Source of the DNA: Mobula hypostoma
Taxonomy: Eukaryota
DNA length: 64,000 nucleotides
Direction of reading: 5' to 3'
NCBI RefSeq assembly: GCF_963921235.1
Contig: NC_086097.1
Coordinates: 496,001-560,000 of the forward strand
Below the pieces are notes generated by a model. It did not search any database. It was not told where the DNA came from and was given only the letters and a program-made list of their open reading frames with translations. The first letter of the stretch is position 1, and the number at the start of each line of letters is the position of its first letter. Below, one piece after another: positions 37,680-49,248 of this stretch. The translations under genes were made by a program, and so were the position numbers.

Positions 37680-38400
37680 TAATATTAATGGTAAGACTCT
37701 TTGCAGTGTGGAGAATCAGCAAGATCTTGGGGTTCGTGTCCAAAGCTGCTGCACAGGTTGAGTGTTGTTAAGAAGGTGTATGGTGTGTTGGCCGTCATCA
37801 ACCATGGGATTGAGTTCAAGAGCCGTGAGGTAATGTTACAGCTATATAAGACTTCACTTAGAGTTGGAGTACTGTGTTCAGTTCTGGTCACCTCATTACA
37901 GGAAGGATGTGGATACTATAGAGAAAGTGCAGAGGAAACTTACAAGGATGTTGCCTGGATTGGAGAGCATGCTCTATGAGAATAGACTGAGTGAACTTGG
38001 CCTTTTCTCCTTGGAATAACAAAGGATGAGAGGTGACCTGACAGAGGTGTATAAGATGATGAGAGGCCTTTATCGTGTGGATAGCTAGTGGCTTTTCCCC
38101 GGGGCTGAAATGTCTATAACACGAGGGGGCATAGTTTTAAGCTGCTTGGAAGTAGGTATAAGGGGGATGTCAGAGATAAGTTTTTCACACAAAAAGTGGT
38201 GGGTTCATGGAATGCACTGTCAGTGAAGGTGGTAGAGGCAGATACAATACGGTCTTTTAAGAGACTTTTAGGTAGATACTCCGAGCTGAGAAAAATAGAG
38301 GGAAATATGGTAGAGAAATTCTAGGCAGCTTCTAGAATGGTTGACACAACATTGTTGCCGAAGGTCCTGTAATGTGCTGTAGATTTCTATGTTTCTATGT
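37680..38400 (+). mobile_element. CR1 3' fragment with (TTTCTATG) tail
   Basis: KKVYGVLAVINHGIEFKSREVMLQLY, CR1 3' UTR and tail. Confidence 0.85.
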
Positions 38401-38409
38401 TTTATTTTA

Positions 38410-39435
38410 CACACATCCCTGCCTCAGGCCTTGACCCTGCCTTGTGAAGCTGGATCCTGGACTTCCTGTCAGACCGCCAGCAGGTGGTAAGAGTGGGCTC
38501 CCTCACCTCAATACAGGAGCCCCTCAAGACTGTGTACTAAGCCCCCTCCTTTACTCCCTGTATACCAATGACTGTGTTACCACCCACAGCTCTAATCTGC
38601 TAATTAAGTTTGCTGACGACACTGATTGGCCTTACCTCAAACAATAATGAGGTGGACTACAATGAAGAAGTCATCTGTCTGACACAGTAGAGTCAAGAAA
38701 ACAACCTGTCCCTCAATGTCGCAAAAACAAAGGAGCTGGTTGTGGATTACAGGAGGAATGGAGACGGGCTAACCCCTATTGACATCAATGGATCTGGGGT
38801 GGAGAGGGTAAACAGCTTTAAGTTCCTCGACATCCACATCACCGAGGACCTCATGTGATCTGTACACACGAGCTGTGTGGTGAAAAAGGCACAACAGTGC
38901 CTCTTTCACCTCAGACAGTTCAGGAAGTTTGGTATGGGCTCCCAAATCCTAAGAACTTCCTTCAGGGGCACAATTGAGAGCATCCTGACTGGCTGCATCA
39001 CTGCCTGGTATGGGAACTGTACTTCCCTTAATCGCAGGATTCTGCAGAGAGTGGTGCAGACAGCCCAGCACATCTATAGTTGTGAACTTCCCATGATTCA
39101 GGACACTTACAAAGACATGTGTGTAAAAAAGGCCCGTAGGATCACTGGGGACCCGAGTCACCCCAACCACAATCTGTTTCAGCTGCTACTATCCGGGAAA
39201 TGGTACTGCAGCATAAAAACCAGGACCAACAGGCTCCGGGACAGCTTCTTCCACCAGGCCATCAGGCGGATTAACTCACACTGATTTGAGTGTATTCCAT
39301 TTTACCTTGACTGTTCTATTTATTATAAATTATTATAAATTACTACGACTGCACATTGCACATTCAGAGACATAACGTAAAGATTTTCACTCCTAATGAA
39401 TGTGATGGATGTAAGAAATAAAGTAAATTCAATTC
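38410..39435 (+). mobile_element. Rex1/Babar 3' fragment
   Basis: TGAPQDCVLSPLLYSLYTNDC...IKFADDT and KKAQQ.LF.LR...IESILTGCITAWYGNC...SFFHQAIR. Confidence 0.85.
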
Positions 39436-40638
39436 ACAGCTTTTTATGTTCTGAAGAGATATTAAGTCTACTCCTCTCTCCACAGAATGTAGCCTGACTT
39501 GATGAGTATTTCTAGCATTAACTTTTTTAATTACTCAGAGTAAGCCAAACACAGGGAGCAGACGCTACGATTGTCACTAGTCTCTCTACAACAAAGGGGC
39601 TCTGGATTCGGGTTACTTTTTGTTTGCTGTTTTTGAGCGGTTTGATCAGGGTGATCGATGTGGACTGGGGCACTTTGGCAAATAGTAGTCTGTGGCCTGC
39701 AGTCAACTAGTGGCACGGTGCTGAAAGGAACTAAACTGAATACTACTAGACTCCTGGCTCGATGTTTGATATTCTATGTACTGTTCACTCGCTTTTTGCT
39801 GTTGGTGCAATTTGCTCTTTTTTCATGTGTTGGGGGTTTGATATTTTCTTGAATGGATTCCACATTGTTTCTTTGTTTTGTGGCTGCCTGCAGGTGGACG
39901 AATCTCAGGGTTGTATTCTGTATACACACTTTGATAAATGTACTTTGAATCTATCTACCTGCTTCTGGAATAGTTTTCTCCTCTCTTCTGCTTCACACAA
40001 ATGTTGCTTAAGAACACAATGTAAAACCATACAAGTTACCAATGATTGCTTGAACAAGTCTGTTCTCTAATTTGCTCATTTGACTGTGTGATGTTTCATT
40101 TAGAAACAAAGGAAAAGGAAGACACAAGTCCCAAGATCGTCTCCACCTTTTGCTCATATTCCTTCCATAAGTCTTCATCTTTGAAGATGATCATCTCCTA
40201 AGGGACAGATTCTGTGATGATAAATGAAGGCCAGAGGCCGATATCCTGCAACAAGGGACCCACTTCCAGTTACCCCAAGGCCTTTCCTACATCCATTCGC
40301 AAGCACAAGTCAGGAGCATAGTGGAACACTTCCTACCAGCCTGAATGAGCGCAGCTTCATCAACTTGAAACAATACAGCTGAAAGTAGCCTGCTAGACTG
40401 ACACACCAGCCACCTCCTGAACCTTCACTCCATCCAACAACTATCCAGGCTTGTGTACCCTCTCTGTCTCGGCTGTCCTGACAACAACTCCCAAGCCAAG
40501 ACAGCAAGGACAGGAGCAGCAAATTATAAGAAACTGACAAGCCTATTCGTTCATTATCACTGGAACTCTCTCCATCAGCACAGTGAGAGCATCCTCACTA
40601 GATATGCTACAGAGATTCAGGAAGCTGATTCACCATTC

Positions 40639-41171
40639 CCATTCTGACATGTCTATCCACGGCTTCCTCTACTGTAAAGATGAAGCCACACTCAGGTTGG
40701 AGGAACAACACCTTATATTCCGTCTGGGTAGCCTCCAACCTGATGGCATGAACATTGACTTCTCTAACTTCCGCTAATGCCCCACCTCCCCCTCGTACCC
40801 CATCTGTTACTTATTTTTATACGCACATTCTTTCTCTCACTCTCCTTTTTCTCCCTCTGTCCCTCTGAATATACCCCTTGCCCATCCTCTGGGTCCCCCC
40901 CCCACCTTGTCTTTCTTCCCGGATTTCCTGTCCCATGATCCTCTCATATCTCCTTTGCCAATCACCTGTCCAGCTCTTGGCTCCACCCCTCCCCCTCCTG
41001 TCTTCTCCTATCATTTTGGATCTCCCCCTCCCCCTCCCACTTTCAAATCCCTTACTAACTCTTCCTTCAGTTAGTCCTGATGAAGGGTTTCGGCCTGAAA
41101 CGTCAACTGCACCTCTTCCTAGAGATGCTGCCTGGCCTGCTGCGTTCACCAGCAACTTTTATGTGTGTTGC
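40639..41171 (+). mobile_element. 5'-truncated Penelope-like element with 10-bp TSD
   Basis: Matches 28145-28675. ttcaccattc occurs at 40629-40638 and 41172-41181. Confidence 0.92.
41073..41108 (+). ncRNA. Minimal type I hammerhead ribozyme with a stem I mismatch
   Basis: agtc-CTGATGA-agg gtttcgg cct-GAAA-cg-TC-aact. Confidence 0.78.
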
Positions 41172-41184
41172 TTCACCATTCAAG

Positions 41185-41466
41185 CATAGGTTCATAGAGT
41201 AACCCAACATAGAAGATGGCCCTCCAGCCCACTAGCGTGCCACCACCAAGCACCAGTCCTACACTTATCCTCACATTCCCATCATCTCCCACCTCCACCC
41301 CAGATTCTGCCCCTCACCTGTATACCAGGGACAATTAACACACCAACCCGCTCATCTTCAGAGCATCTGGGGAAAAGTCACCCAGTCAGAGGGAGAACAG
41401 ACTGGGGGTCGGGATTGAACCTGGATTGCTGGAGCTGTAAGGTTGTAGCTCCATCTGTTGCACCAA
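41185..41466 (-). mobile_element. tRNA-derived SINE with CR1-like tail (HE1-like)
   Basis: Minus-strand head ...cttacagctccagcaatccaggttcaatcccg (B box) and 3' end ctctatgaacctatg. Confidence 0.6.
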
Positions 41467-41689
41467 TGGCATCCTGTTGTCCCAACAGAAAAGAACAAGG
41501 CTGATCCAGGATCTGCAGACTCGGCTGTGATTTGGACATATGTCCACATAGGATGGATGTATATGACTCATTAACCTTGTTCATGCCCCAAGGTGCAGGG
41601 GCAGTATTTGTAAACAGGTTTTGGAGAATCAGGACATTACTTCTTTCAAGGTTGATATTTGACCTTATCTCAGATTCCAAACCATTGAT

Positions 41690-42005
41690 CTATGTGCCAC
41701 AGCCTTTCTTCCACATCCCAACACTATCCCTCTGGGAGTCACATTTTCCTTTCTTCTACATCCCAACACTATCCCTCTTTGCAACCCATTTACCTTCTTC
41801 TGCAAACAAACACTATCCCTCTGGATGTCACATTTAACTTTCTTCTACATCCCAACACTATCCCTCTCAGTGACCCATTTTCCTTTCTTCTACATCCCAA
41901 CACAATCCCGCTGGATGTCCCATTTCCTTTGCTTTTACACCCCAATACAGTCCCACTGGGTGTCCCATTTACCCTTCTTCTATATCCCAGCACAATCCCA
42001 TTTAC
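41690..42005. repeat. 45-bp minisatellite, about 7 units, abutting a TMEM63C splice donor
   Basis: The catcccaacac-like core recurs at 41714, 41759, about 41804, 41848, 41893, 41938 and 41983. Confidence 0.9.
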
Positions 42006-42121
42006 CTGATAATTTTGAGGCTTAAGTTTGTGAACTCCTTTGATGCAAAATGCGAACAATGAGAAGACGATGCAGAGGAGCAACGTGACAAATGTGAAGA
42101 GGGTGATGGGTTGCACTGGCC
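42006..42121 (-). CDS. TMEM63C: TMEM63C coding exon, last transmembrane helix, 116 bp, phase 1-0
   Basis: Acceptor gtttttattgcag, donor CAG|gtaaat. Translates (G)PVQPITLFTFVTLLLCIVFSLFAFCIKGVHKLKPQNYQ, a hydrophobic helix. Phase matches both neighbouring exons. Confidence 0.88.
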
Positions 42122-42469
42122 CTGCAATAAAAACAACAGTTATTGCCGCAACCTCAAACGTTCAACATCCCATCATTTGTAAATATGCTGTTGCAATATT
42201 TGCTGTTCAGATTGGATAACCTCACATCATGCTACACAAAAGTCTGTCTGAATTCAACAATGTCCATTTCAGCAAAACGCATAATGAAGCAAAACAATTC
42301 CAGCTGCCTCACAATGATGTTATCAAATGATAGGAACAAAAAGGAAAAATAGAGGGCTATGTGGGAGGGAAGGGTTACATTGATGCCTTTATTTTAAAGG
42401 TAATTATAAAAATAGGTCTGGTCCTTGAGAAGTGATTCTCAAGTGGAGAAAGGCAAATTTAGATGGTAT

Positions 42470-44808
42470 CATAAGGCCATAAGATATAACCATATAACAA
42501 TTACAGCACGGAAACAGGCCATCTCGGCCCTTCTAGTCCATGCCAAACCCTTACTCTCACCTCGTCCCACCCACCTGCACTCGGCCCATAACCCTCCATT
42601 CCTTTCCTGTCCATATATCTATCCAATTTAACTTTAAACAACAACATCGAACCTGCCTCAACCACTTCTGCTGGAAGCTCGTTCCACACAGCTACCACTC
42701 TCTGAGTAAAGAAGTTCCCCCTCATGTTACCCCTAAACTTTTGCCCTTTAACTTTCAACTCATGTCCTCTTGTTTGAATCTCCCCCATTCTCAATGGAAA
42801 AAGCCTATCCACGTCAACTCTATCTATCCCCCTCATAATTTTAAATACCTCTATCAAGTCCCCCTTCAACCATCTATGTTCCAAAGAATAAAGGCCCAAC
42901 TTGTTCAACCTTTCTCTGTAACTTAGGTGATGAAACCCAGGTAACATTCTAGTAAATCTTCTCTGTACTCTCTCTATTTTGTTGACATCTTTCCTATAAT
43001 TCGGTGACCAAAACTGGACACAATACTCCAAATTTGGCCTCACCAATGCCTTGTACAATTTCAACATTACATCCCAACTCCTATACTCAGTGCTCTAATT
43101 TATAAAGGCCAGCATACCAAAAGCTTTCTTCACCACCCCATCCACATGAGATTCCACCTTCAGGGAACTATGCACCATTATTCCTAGATCCCTCTGTTCT
43201 ATTGCATTCTTCAATGCCCTACCATTTACCATGTATGTCCTATTTTGATTAGTCCTACCAAAATCTAACACCTTACATTTGTCAGCATTAAACTTCATCT
43301 GCCATCTTTCAGCTCACTCTTCTAACTGGCCTAAATCTCTCTGCAAAGTTTGAAAACTTACTTTGTTATCCACAACTCCACCTATCTTAGTATCATCTGC
43401 ATACTTACCAATCCAATTTACCACCCCATCAACCAGATCATTAATGTATATGACAAGTAACATTGGACCTAGTACAGATCCCTGAGGCACACCACTAGCC
43501 ACCGACCTTCAATCTGACAAACAGTTATCCACCACCACTCTCTGGCGTCTCCCATCCAGCCACTGCGGAATCCATTTTACTACTTCAATATTAATACCTA
43601 ACGATTGAACCTTCCTAACCAACCTTCCATGTGGGACCTTGTCAAAGGCCTTACTGAAGTCCATACAGACAAATCCACCGCTTTATTCTTGTCAACTTTT
43701 CTAGTAACCTCTTCAAAAAATTCAATAAGATTTGTCAAACATGACATTCCACGCTCAAATGCATGTTGACTGTTCCTAATCAGACCCTGCCTATCTAGAT
43801 AATTATATATACCATCCCTAAGAATACTTACCATCAATTTACCCACCACTGACGTCAAACTCACAGGCCGATAATTGCTAGGTTTACTCTTAGAACCCTT
43901 TTTAAACAATGGAACAACACGAGCAATACGCCAATCCTCTGGCACCATGCCCGTTTCTAATGTCATTTGAAATATTTCTGTCAGAGCCCCTGCTATTTCC
44001 ACACTAACTTCCCTGAAGGTCCTAGGGAATATCCTGTCAGGATCCGGAGACTTATCCACTTTGATATTCGTTAAAAGCTCCAGTACTTCCTCTTCTTTAA
44101 TCATCATAGTTTCCATAATTTCCCTACCTGTTTCCCTTATCTTACTCAATTCAATATCCTTCTCCTTAGTGAATACCGAAGAAAAGAAATTGTTCAGAAT
44201 CTCCCCCATCTCTTTTGGCTCCACACATAGCTGTCTACTCTGATTCTCTAAGGGACCAATTTTATCCCTCACTATTCTTTTGCTATTAATATAACGGTAG
44301 AAACCCTTGGGATTTATTTTCACCTTACTTGCCAAAGCAACTTCATATCTTCTTCTAGCTTTTCTAATTTCTTCCTTAAGATTCTTTTTACATTCTTTAT
44401 ATTCCTCGAACACCTCATTTACTCCATGCTGCCTATATTGATTGTAGATCTCTCTCTTTTTCCAGACCAAGTTTCTAATATCCCTTGAAAACTATGGCTC
44501 TCTCAAACTTTTAACCTTTCCTTTCAACCTAACAGGAACATAGAGATTCTGTACTCTCAAAATTTCACCTTGAAATGACCTCCATTTCTCTATTATATTC
44601 TTCTCATAAAACAAATTGTCCCAACCCACTCCTTCTAAATCCTTTTGCATCTCCTCAAAGTTAGCCTTTCTCCAATCAAAAATCTCAACCCTGGGTCCAG
44701 ACCTATCCTTCTCCATAATTATATTGAAACTAATAGCATTGTGATCACTGGACCCGAAGTGCTCCCCAACACAAACCTCGAGTCACCTGACCTATCTCAT
44801 TCCCTAAT
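42470..44808 (-). mobile_element. CR1 ORF2 pseudogene (third family), 5'-truncated, (TTATATGG)-type tail
   Basis: Minus-strand ORFs from 44716 to 42501 give a colinear endonuclease end, RT and C-terminus, with stops and frameshifts. Confidence 0.92.
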
Positions 44809-47304
44809 ATAGGAGCAGAATTAGATGATTTGGCCCGTTGCGTCTGTTCCGACATTTCATCATAGCTGATCCATTTTCCCTCTCAGGCCCAATCTTCTGT
44901 CTTCTCCACATATCCCTTCATGCCAAAACCAATCAAGAATCAATCAACCTCTACCTTAAATATACCCAATGACTTGCCCTCCACAGCCGCCTATGGCAAT
45001 GAGTTCCACAAGTTCACCACTCTCTGGCTAAAAGAACACCCCTCTACTCTGAGGCTATGTCCTCCAGTATTAGACTCCCCAACCACAGGAAACATCCTTT
45101 CTACATCCATTCTATTGAGACCTTTCAACGTTCAATGAGGTCACCCCTCATTCTTCTGAATTCCAGTGAGAGCAGGCCCAGATCATCAAATGTTCTTCAT
45201 ATGGGGAGGGGAACATCGACTCAGACCATTAGAGTCCTGCGTCAGGCATTTTTATGCCTTACAAGGCGCAGATTGGAAGTCTGTGTGGGGCGCCACTCCT
45301 TGCACAGACACTAGAGCAATGTGTGATTAAGTGCCTTGCTCAAGGACACAAACACGTTGCCACAGCTGAGGCTCGAACGAGCGACCTTCAGATCACTAGA
45401 CGAACAACTTAACCAGTTGGCCATGTGCCCAACACAAATAACAAGTCTTTTAATCCCAGAATCATTTTCGTGAACCTCTTTTGAACCCTCCCCAATGTCA
45501 GTACATCCTTTCTTAGATAACAGGCCCAAAAACTGCTCGCAATACTCCAAGTGTGGTTTCACCAGTGCTTTATAAAGACTCAACATTACATCGTTACACT
45601 TATATTCCAGTCCTCTTAAAATTAATGCTAACATCACATTTGCCTTCCTCATCACAGACTCAACCTGCAAGTTAACCTTTAGGGAATCCTGCACCAGGAC
45701 TCTCAAATTCCTTTGCACCTCAGATTTTTTTTTTTTTACTTTTCTCTCCATTTAGAAAATAGTTTACCCTTTTATTTATTCTACCAAAGTGCATGACCAT
45801 ACACTTCCCATTCCATCTGCCACTTTTTTGCCCATTGTCCTCATCTGTCTAAGTCCTTCTCTAGACTCTCTGCTTCCTCAAAACTACCTGCCCCTCCACC
45901 TATCTTTGTATCGTCTGCAAACTTTGCCACAAAGCTATCAATTCCATCATACAAGTCAATGACAATGTAACGTAGAAATAAATGATCCCAAAACAGATTC
46001 CTGTGGAACACGGGCAGCCAACCAGAAAAGGCTCCCTTTATTCCCAATCTTTGATTCTTGTCAATCATCCACTGCTTTATCCATGCTAGTATCTCTCTTG
46101 TAATACCATGGCCTCTTAACTTGTTAAGCAGCCTCATGTGTAGCACCTTGTCAAAGGCCTTCTGAAAATTCAAATATACAACATCCACCGATTCTCCTTT
46201 GTCTATCCTTGTTTATCTTCAAAGAATTCTCACAGATTTTTCATGCAAGAATTTCCCTTCAGGAAACCATGCTGACTTCAGCCGATATTATCATGTGCCT
46301 CAAGTAACCCAAAACCACATCCTTAACAATCAACTCCAACATCTTCCCAACCACTGAGGTCAGATTAACTGGCCTATAACATCCTTTCAGCTGCCTCTCT
46401 CCCTTCTTGAAGAGTGGAGTGACATTTGCAAATTTCCATTCCTCTGGAACCATGCCAGAGTCAACTGATTCTTGAAAGGTCATTAGTAATACCCTCACAA
46501 TCTCTCCAGCCACCCCTTTCAGAACCCTGGGGTGTATACCATCTGTTCCAGGTGACTTAACTCCTTTCAGATATTTCAGTTTTCCCAAGAACCTTCTCCC
46601 TAGTAATGGCAACATCACACACTTCTGCCCCGACACTCTTCAACTTCTGGCATACTGCTAGCGTCTTCCACAGTGAAGACTGACGTAAAGTTCATCCACC
46701 ATTTCCTCGTCTCCCATTACTACCTCTCCAGCAACATTTTCCAGGGGTCCAATATACACTCTCACCTCTCTTTCACACTTCATGTATCTGAAGAAACTTT
46801 TGGTATCCTCTTTAATATTATTGGCTAGCTTGCCTTCATGTTCCATATTTCCTTCTTAATTACTTTTTTAGTTGCCTACTGTTGGATTTTACAAGCTTTC
46901 CAATCCTCTATCTTCCCACTAGTTTTTGTTCTATTATATGCCATCTCTTTGGCTTTGACTTGTCGTTACCCATTGTTGTGTCATCTTGCCTTTAGAATAC
47001 TTCTTCATTTTTAGGAGGTATACATCCTGTGCCTTCCGAATTGCTTCATGAAATTCCAGTCATTCCTGTTTTTCTGTCATCCCTGCAAAATATTCTTTTC
47101 CATTCAATGCTGGCCATCTCCTCCATCATGCCTCTGTAATTCCCTTTACTCCACTGCAATACTGATACATCTGACTTTAGCTTGTCCTTCTCAAAGTGCA
47201 GGGTGAATTCTATCATATTATGATCATTTGCATCTAACAGTTCTTTGACCTTCTCTAATCAATTCCAGTTCATTGCATAACACCCAAATCCAGAATAGCT
47301 GTTC
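44809..47304 (-). mobile_element. Older degraded CR1 ORF2 containing a SINE
   Basis: [37 protein letters not shown]. Confidence 0.85.
45215..45436 (-). mobile_element. tRNA-derived SINE with CORE-like motif
   Basis: Minus strand: tggccaactggttaag (A box), gttcgagcc (B box), gtgtccttgagcaaggcacttaa. Confidence 0.65.
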
Positions 47305-47555
47305 CAAACTAGAATTGCTGAGGGGTGGGAACCAAACTGAAGAGACGGAGGAAGGGACGGTTGGCTCACAAATAGAGAAAGCTTGTAGGCAGTGTGAAAG
47401 GGACAATAGGTGGGTGATAGAGAAGGGATGCACTCAGACTGGTGGTTTGAGGTGTGTATCTTTTAATGCAAGAAGCATCATGAACAAAGCGGATTAGCTT
47501 AGAGCAAGGATCAATACTTGGAGCTATGATGTTGTGGCCATTACAGATACTTGGA
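47305..47555 (+). mobile_element. CR1 ORF2 start, host of the L1 (continues at 55170-55752 and 57449-57755)
   Basis: FNARSIMNK...YDVVAITDTW resumes as DTWMSQGQEWLL after the L1. Confidence 0.88.
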
Positions 47556-47708
47556 GAGGGACTTCCGGTAGCGCTCATGGAGTGAAGTCGCGTTCTTGAC
47601 TCGCTCCATTACCTCTGAGTTTTTTCTCTCTATGGTCAGCTATACTTTAATTAACTATTAAGGCATCAATTTTTACAATACTTTGAATTAAACTGAATTC
47701 TCTGACAA

Positions 47709-48527
47709 TTGGATGATACTGAGATCGGCTTGACTTTGAAAGCGATATCGGAGTTAATTCAGAGGGAAATTTCAACCTCTGTTAGGGAGATGATTCGTAC
47801 AGAAATTATGGGCTTTGTTAAAGACCTGATTCATACGGAAATCTCAACTAAGTTCCAGAAAATTGCCGATTTAATCGATAAGATGCAAACATGTATTGCG
47901 GAACATCAGTCGGCTATATCTGATCTTCAAAAATCCGCGCAACAAGGTGAGCTTAAGATGGGGAAAATCGAAGAAACAATTAATGTAATGAAGAAGAAAC
48001 TTGACTTTTTGACTTTTAAAAACTCTGACTTGGAATCTAGAATGCGACGGCAGAATTTACGAATGATTGGCGTCAGGGAAGCCGTGGAAGCTAACAACCC
48101 TATGAAATATTTCTCCCAACTTTTAAAAGATGCATTCCCTACTGTATTTCCTGACCAACCACCGCTACTGGATCGTGTTCACAGAATCCCATCATACTCG
48201 TCTAGGTCAGATAGACCTAGGCATGTTATCTTACGTTTTCATTACTTTCAAGACAAGGAGAGACTGTTTCGATTCGCTCGATCTAAAGGTTTCGTTGATT
48301 TTTCGGATCTTAAGTTCCGATTTGTGGAAGATTTCAGTAAACCAATCTGGGACCAACGGGTCCGTTACAGATCCGTGATGTCGGAATTCTATAAGATGGA
48401 TTTAAGACCAGCGCTGCTGTACCCTGCACGTCTAAGGATTCGCATGTTAGATGGAGCCCTTCGTTTTTTTGATTCTCCATCGGATGCCCAGAGTTATCTG
48501 GATCAACTTTCATCCTCAACATCTTAA
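47709..48527 (+). CDS. L1 ORF1p (coiled coil, RRM, CTD); first ATG at 47790
   Basis: DLESRMRRQNLRMIGVRE, DRVHR, PRHVILRF, EDFS, LLYPARL. Confidence 0.9.
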   Translation: MDDTEIGLTLKAISELIQREISTSVREMIRTEIMGFVKDLIHTEISTKFQKIADLIDKMQTCIAEHQSAISDLQKSAQQGELKMGKIEETINVMKKKLDFLTFKNSDLESRMRRQNLRMIGVREAVEANNPMKYFSQLLKDAFPTVFPDQPPLLDRVHRIPSYSSRSDRPRHVILRFHYFQDKERLFRFARSKGFVDFSDLKFRFVEDFSKPIWDQRVRYRSVMSEFYKMDLRPALLYPARLRIRMLDGALRFFDSPSDAQSYLDQLSSSTS

Positions 48528-49248
48528 TTGTCTTTTTTTAATTTTCTCCGTTGATCGGAGGCTGTGAATTGGTTGGTTTTAACTTTTCTGTGCCCTATTT
48601 GGGCAGAAAAGTTTACTTTCGATTTCTTAATATGGCTGCTAAACTTTCTTTTTAACTGCGTCATTTCTTTCTTTTCCCAGGGGATTCTGGGTGGTTACTT
48701 CCCTTTTGTCATCTTACGTATTTCCTGTGCGGCCTTAAATTTTGTAGTTTTTTTTTAAATTTTATTCTGTTTTGCTTTTTATAATCATTTTATGTTAATA
48801 ATCCTATTTTTTTTTGTTGCTGTGTCTATTCATGAGTTTGAGGTTTATTGTGGTTTTTTTTAATATACACTTTCCGGCTTTTGTTCTGTTCTGTGTGTAT
48901 TTTAATTGAGCTAACTTTTTTTTACTTATTTTTTTACTGTTTTACAATTAGCTGATCCTTTTCATATTTATACCTTTTTTTTAGGGAGCGTATACCGGAA
49001 GTCATGGGGGTAGTTTTAGCGCTTGCTTCTTTCTGGCGGGTCTGCTTTAGATTTCGCCTTGGGGTCTTGGGGTGGGGGGTGGTGGGAGGGGCTTCACGTT
49101 TTAGTTTGTTTCTCTTTGGGCTATATACATTATTGAAGTATTGGTTGCGTCCTTTTCCCCGGTATCTTTTGTACGTTCTGTTTCCTCTCCGGGTTTGTGG
49201 GTCGCGCCTATTGTCAATCCTCCTTGTTGTGGGTTGACTTTAGGATTT

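Noticed and set aside
39440..39530. Possible fifth hammerhead or PLE tail
   Set aside because: It weakly resembles the PLE tail, but no catalytic core can be reconstructed.
41690..42005. CRISPR-like array
   Set aside because: The units are contiguous degenerate tandem repeats without unique spacers, in vertebrate DNA with no cas genes.
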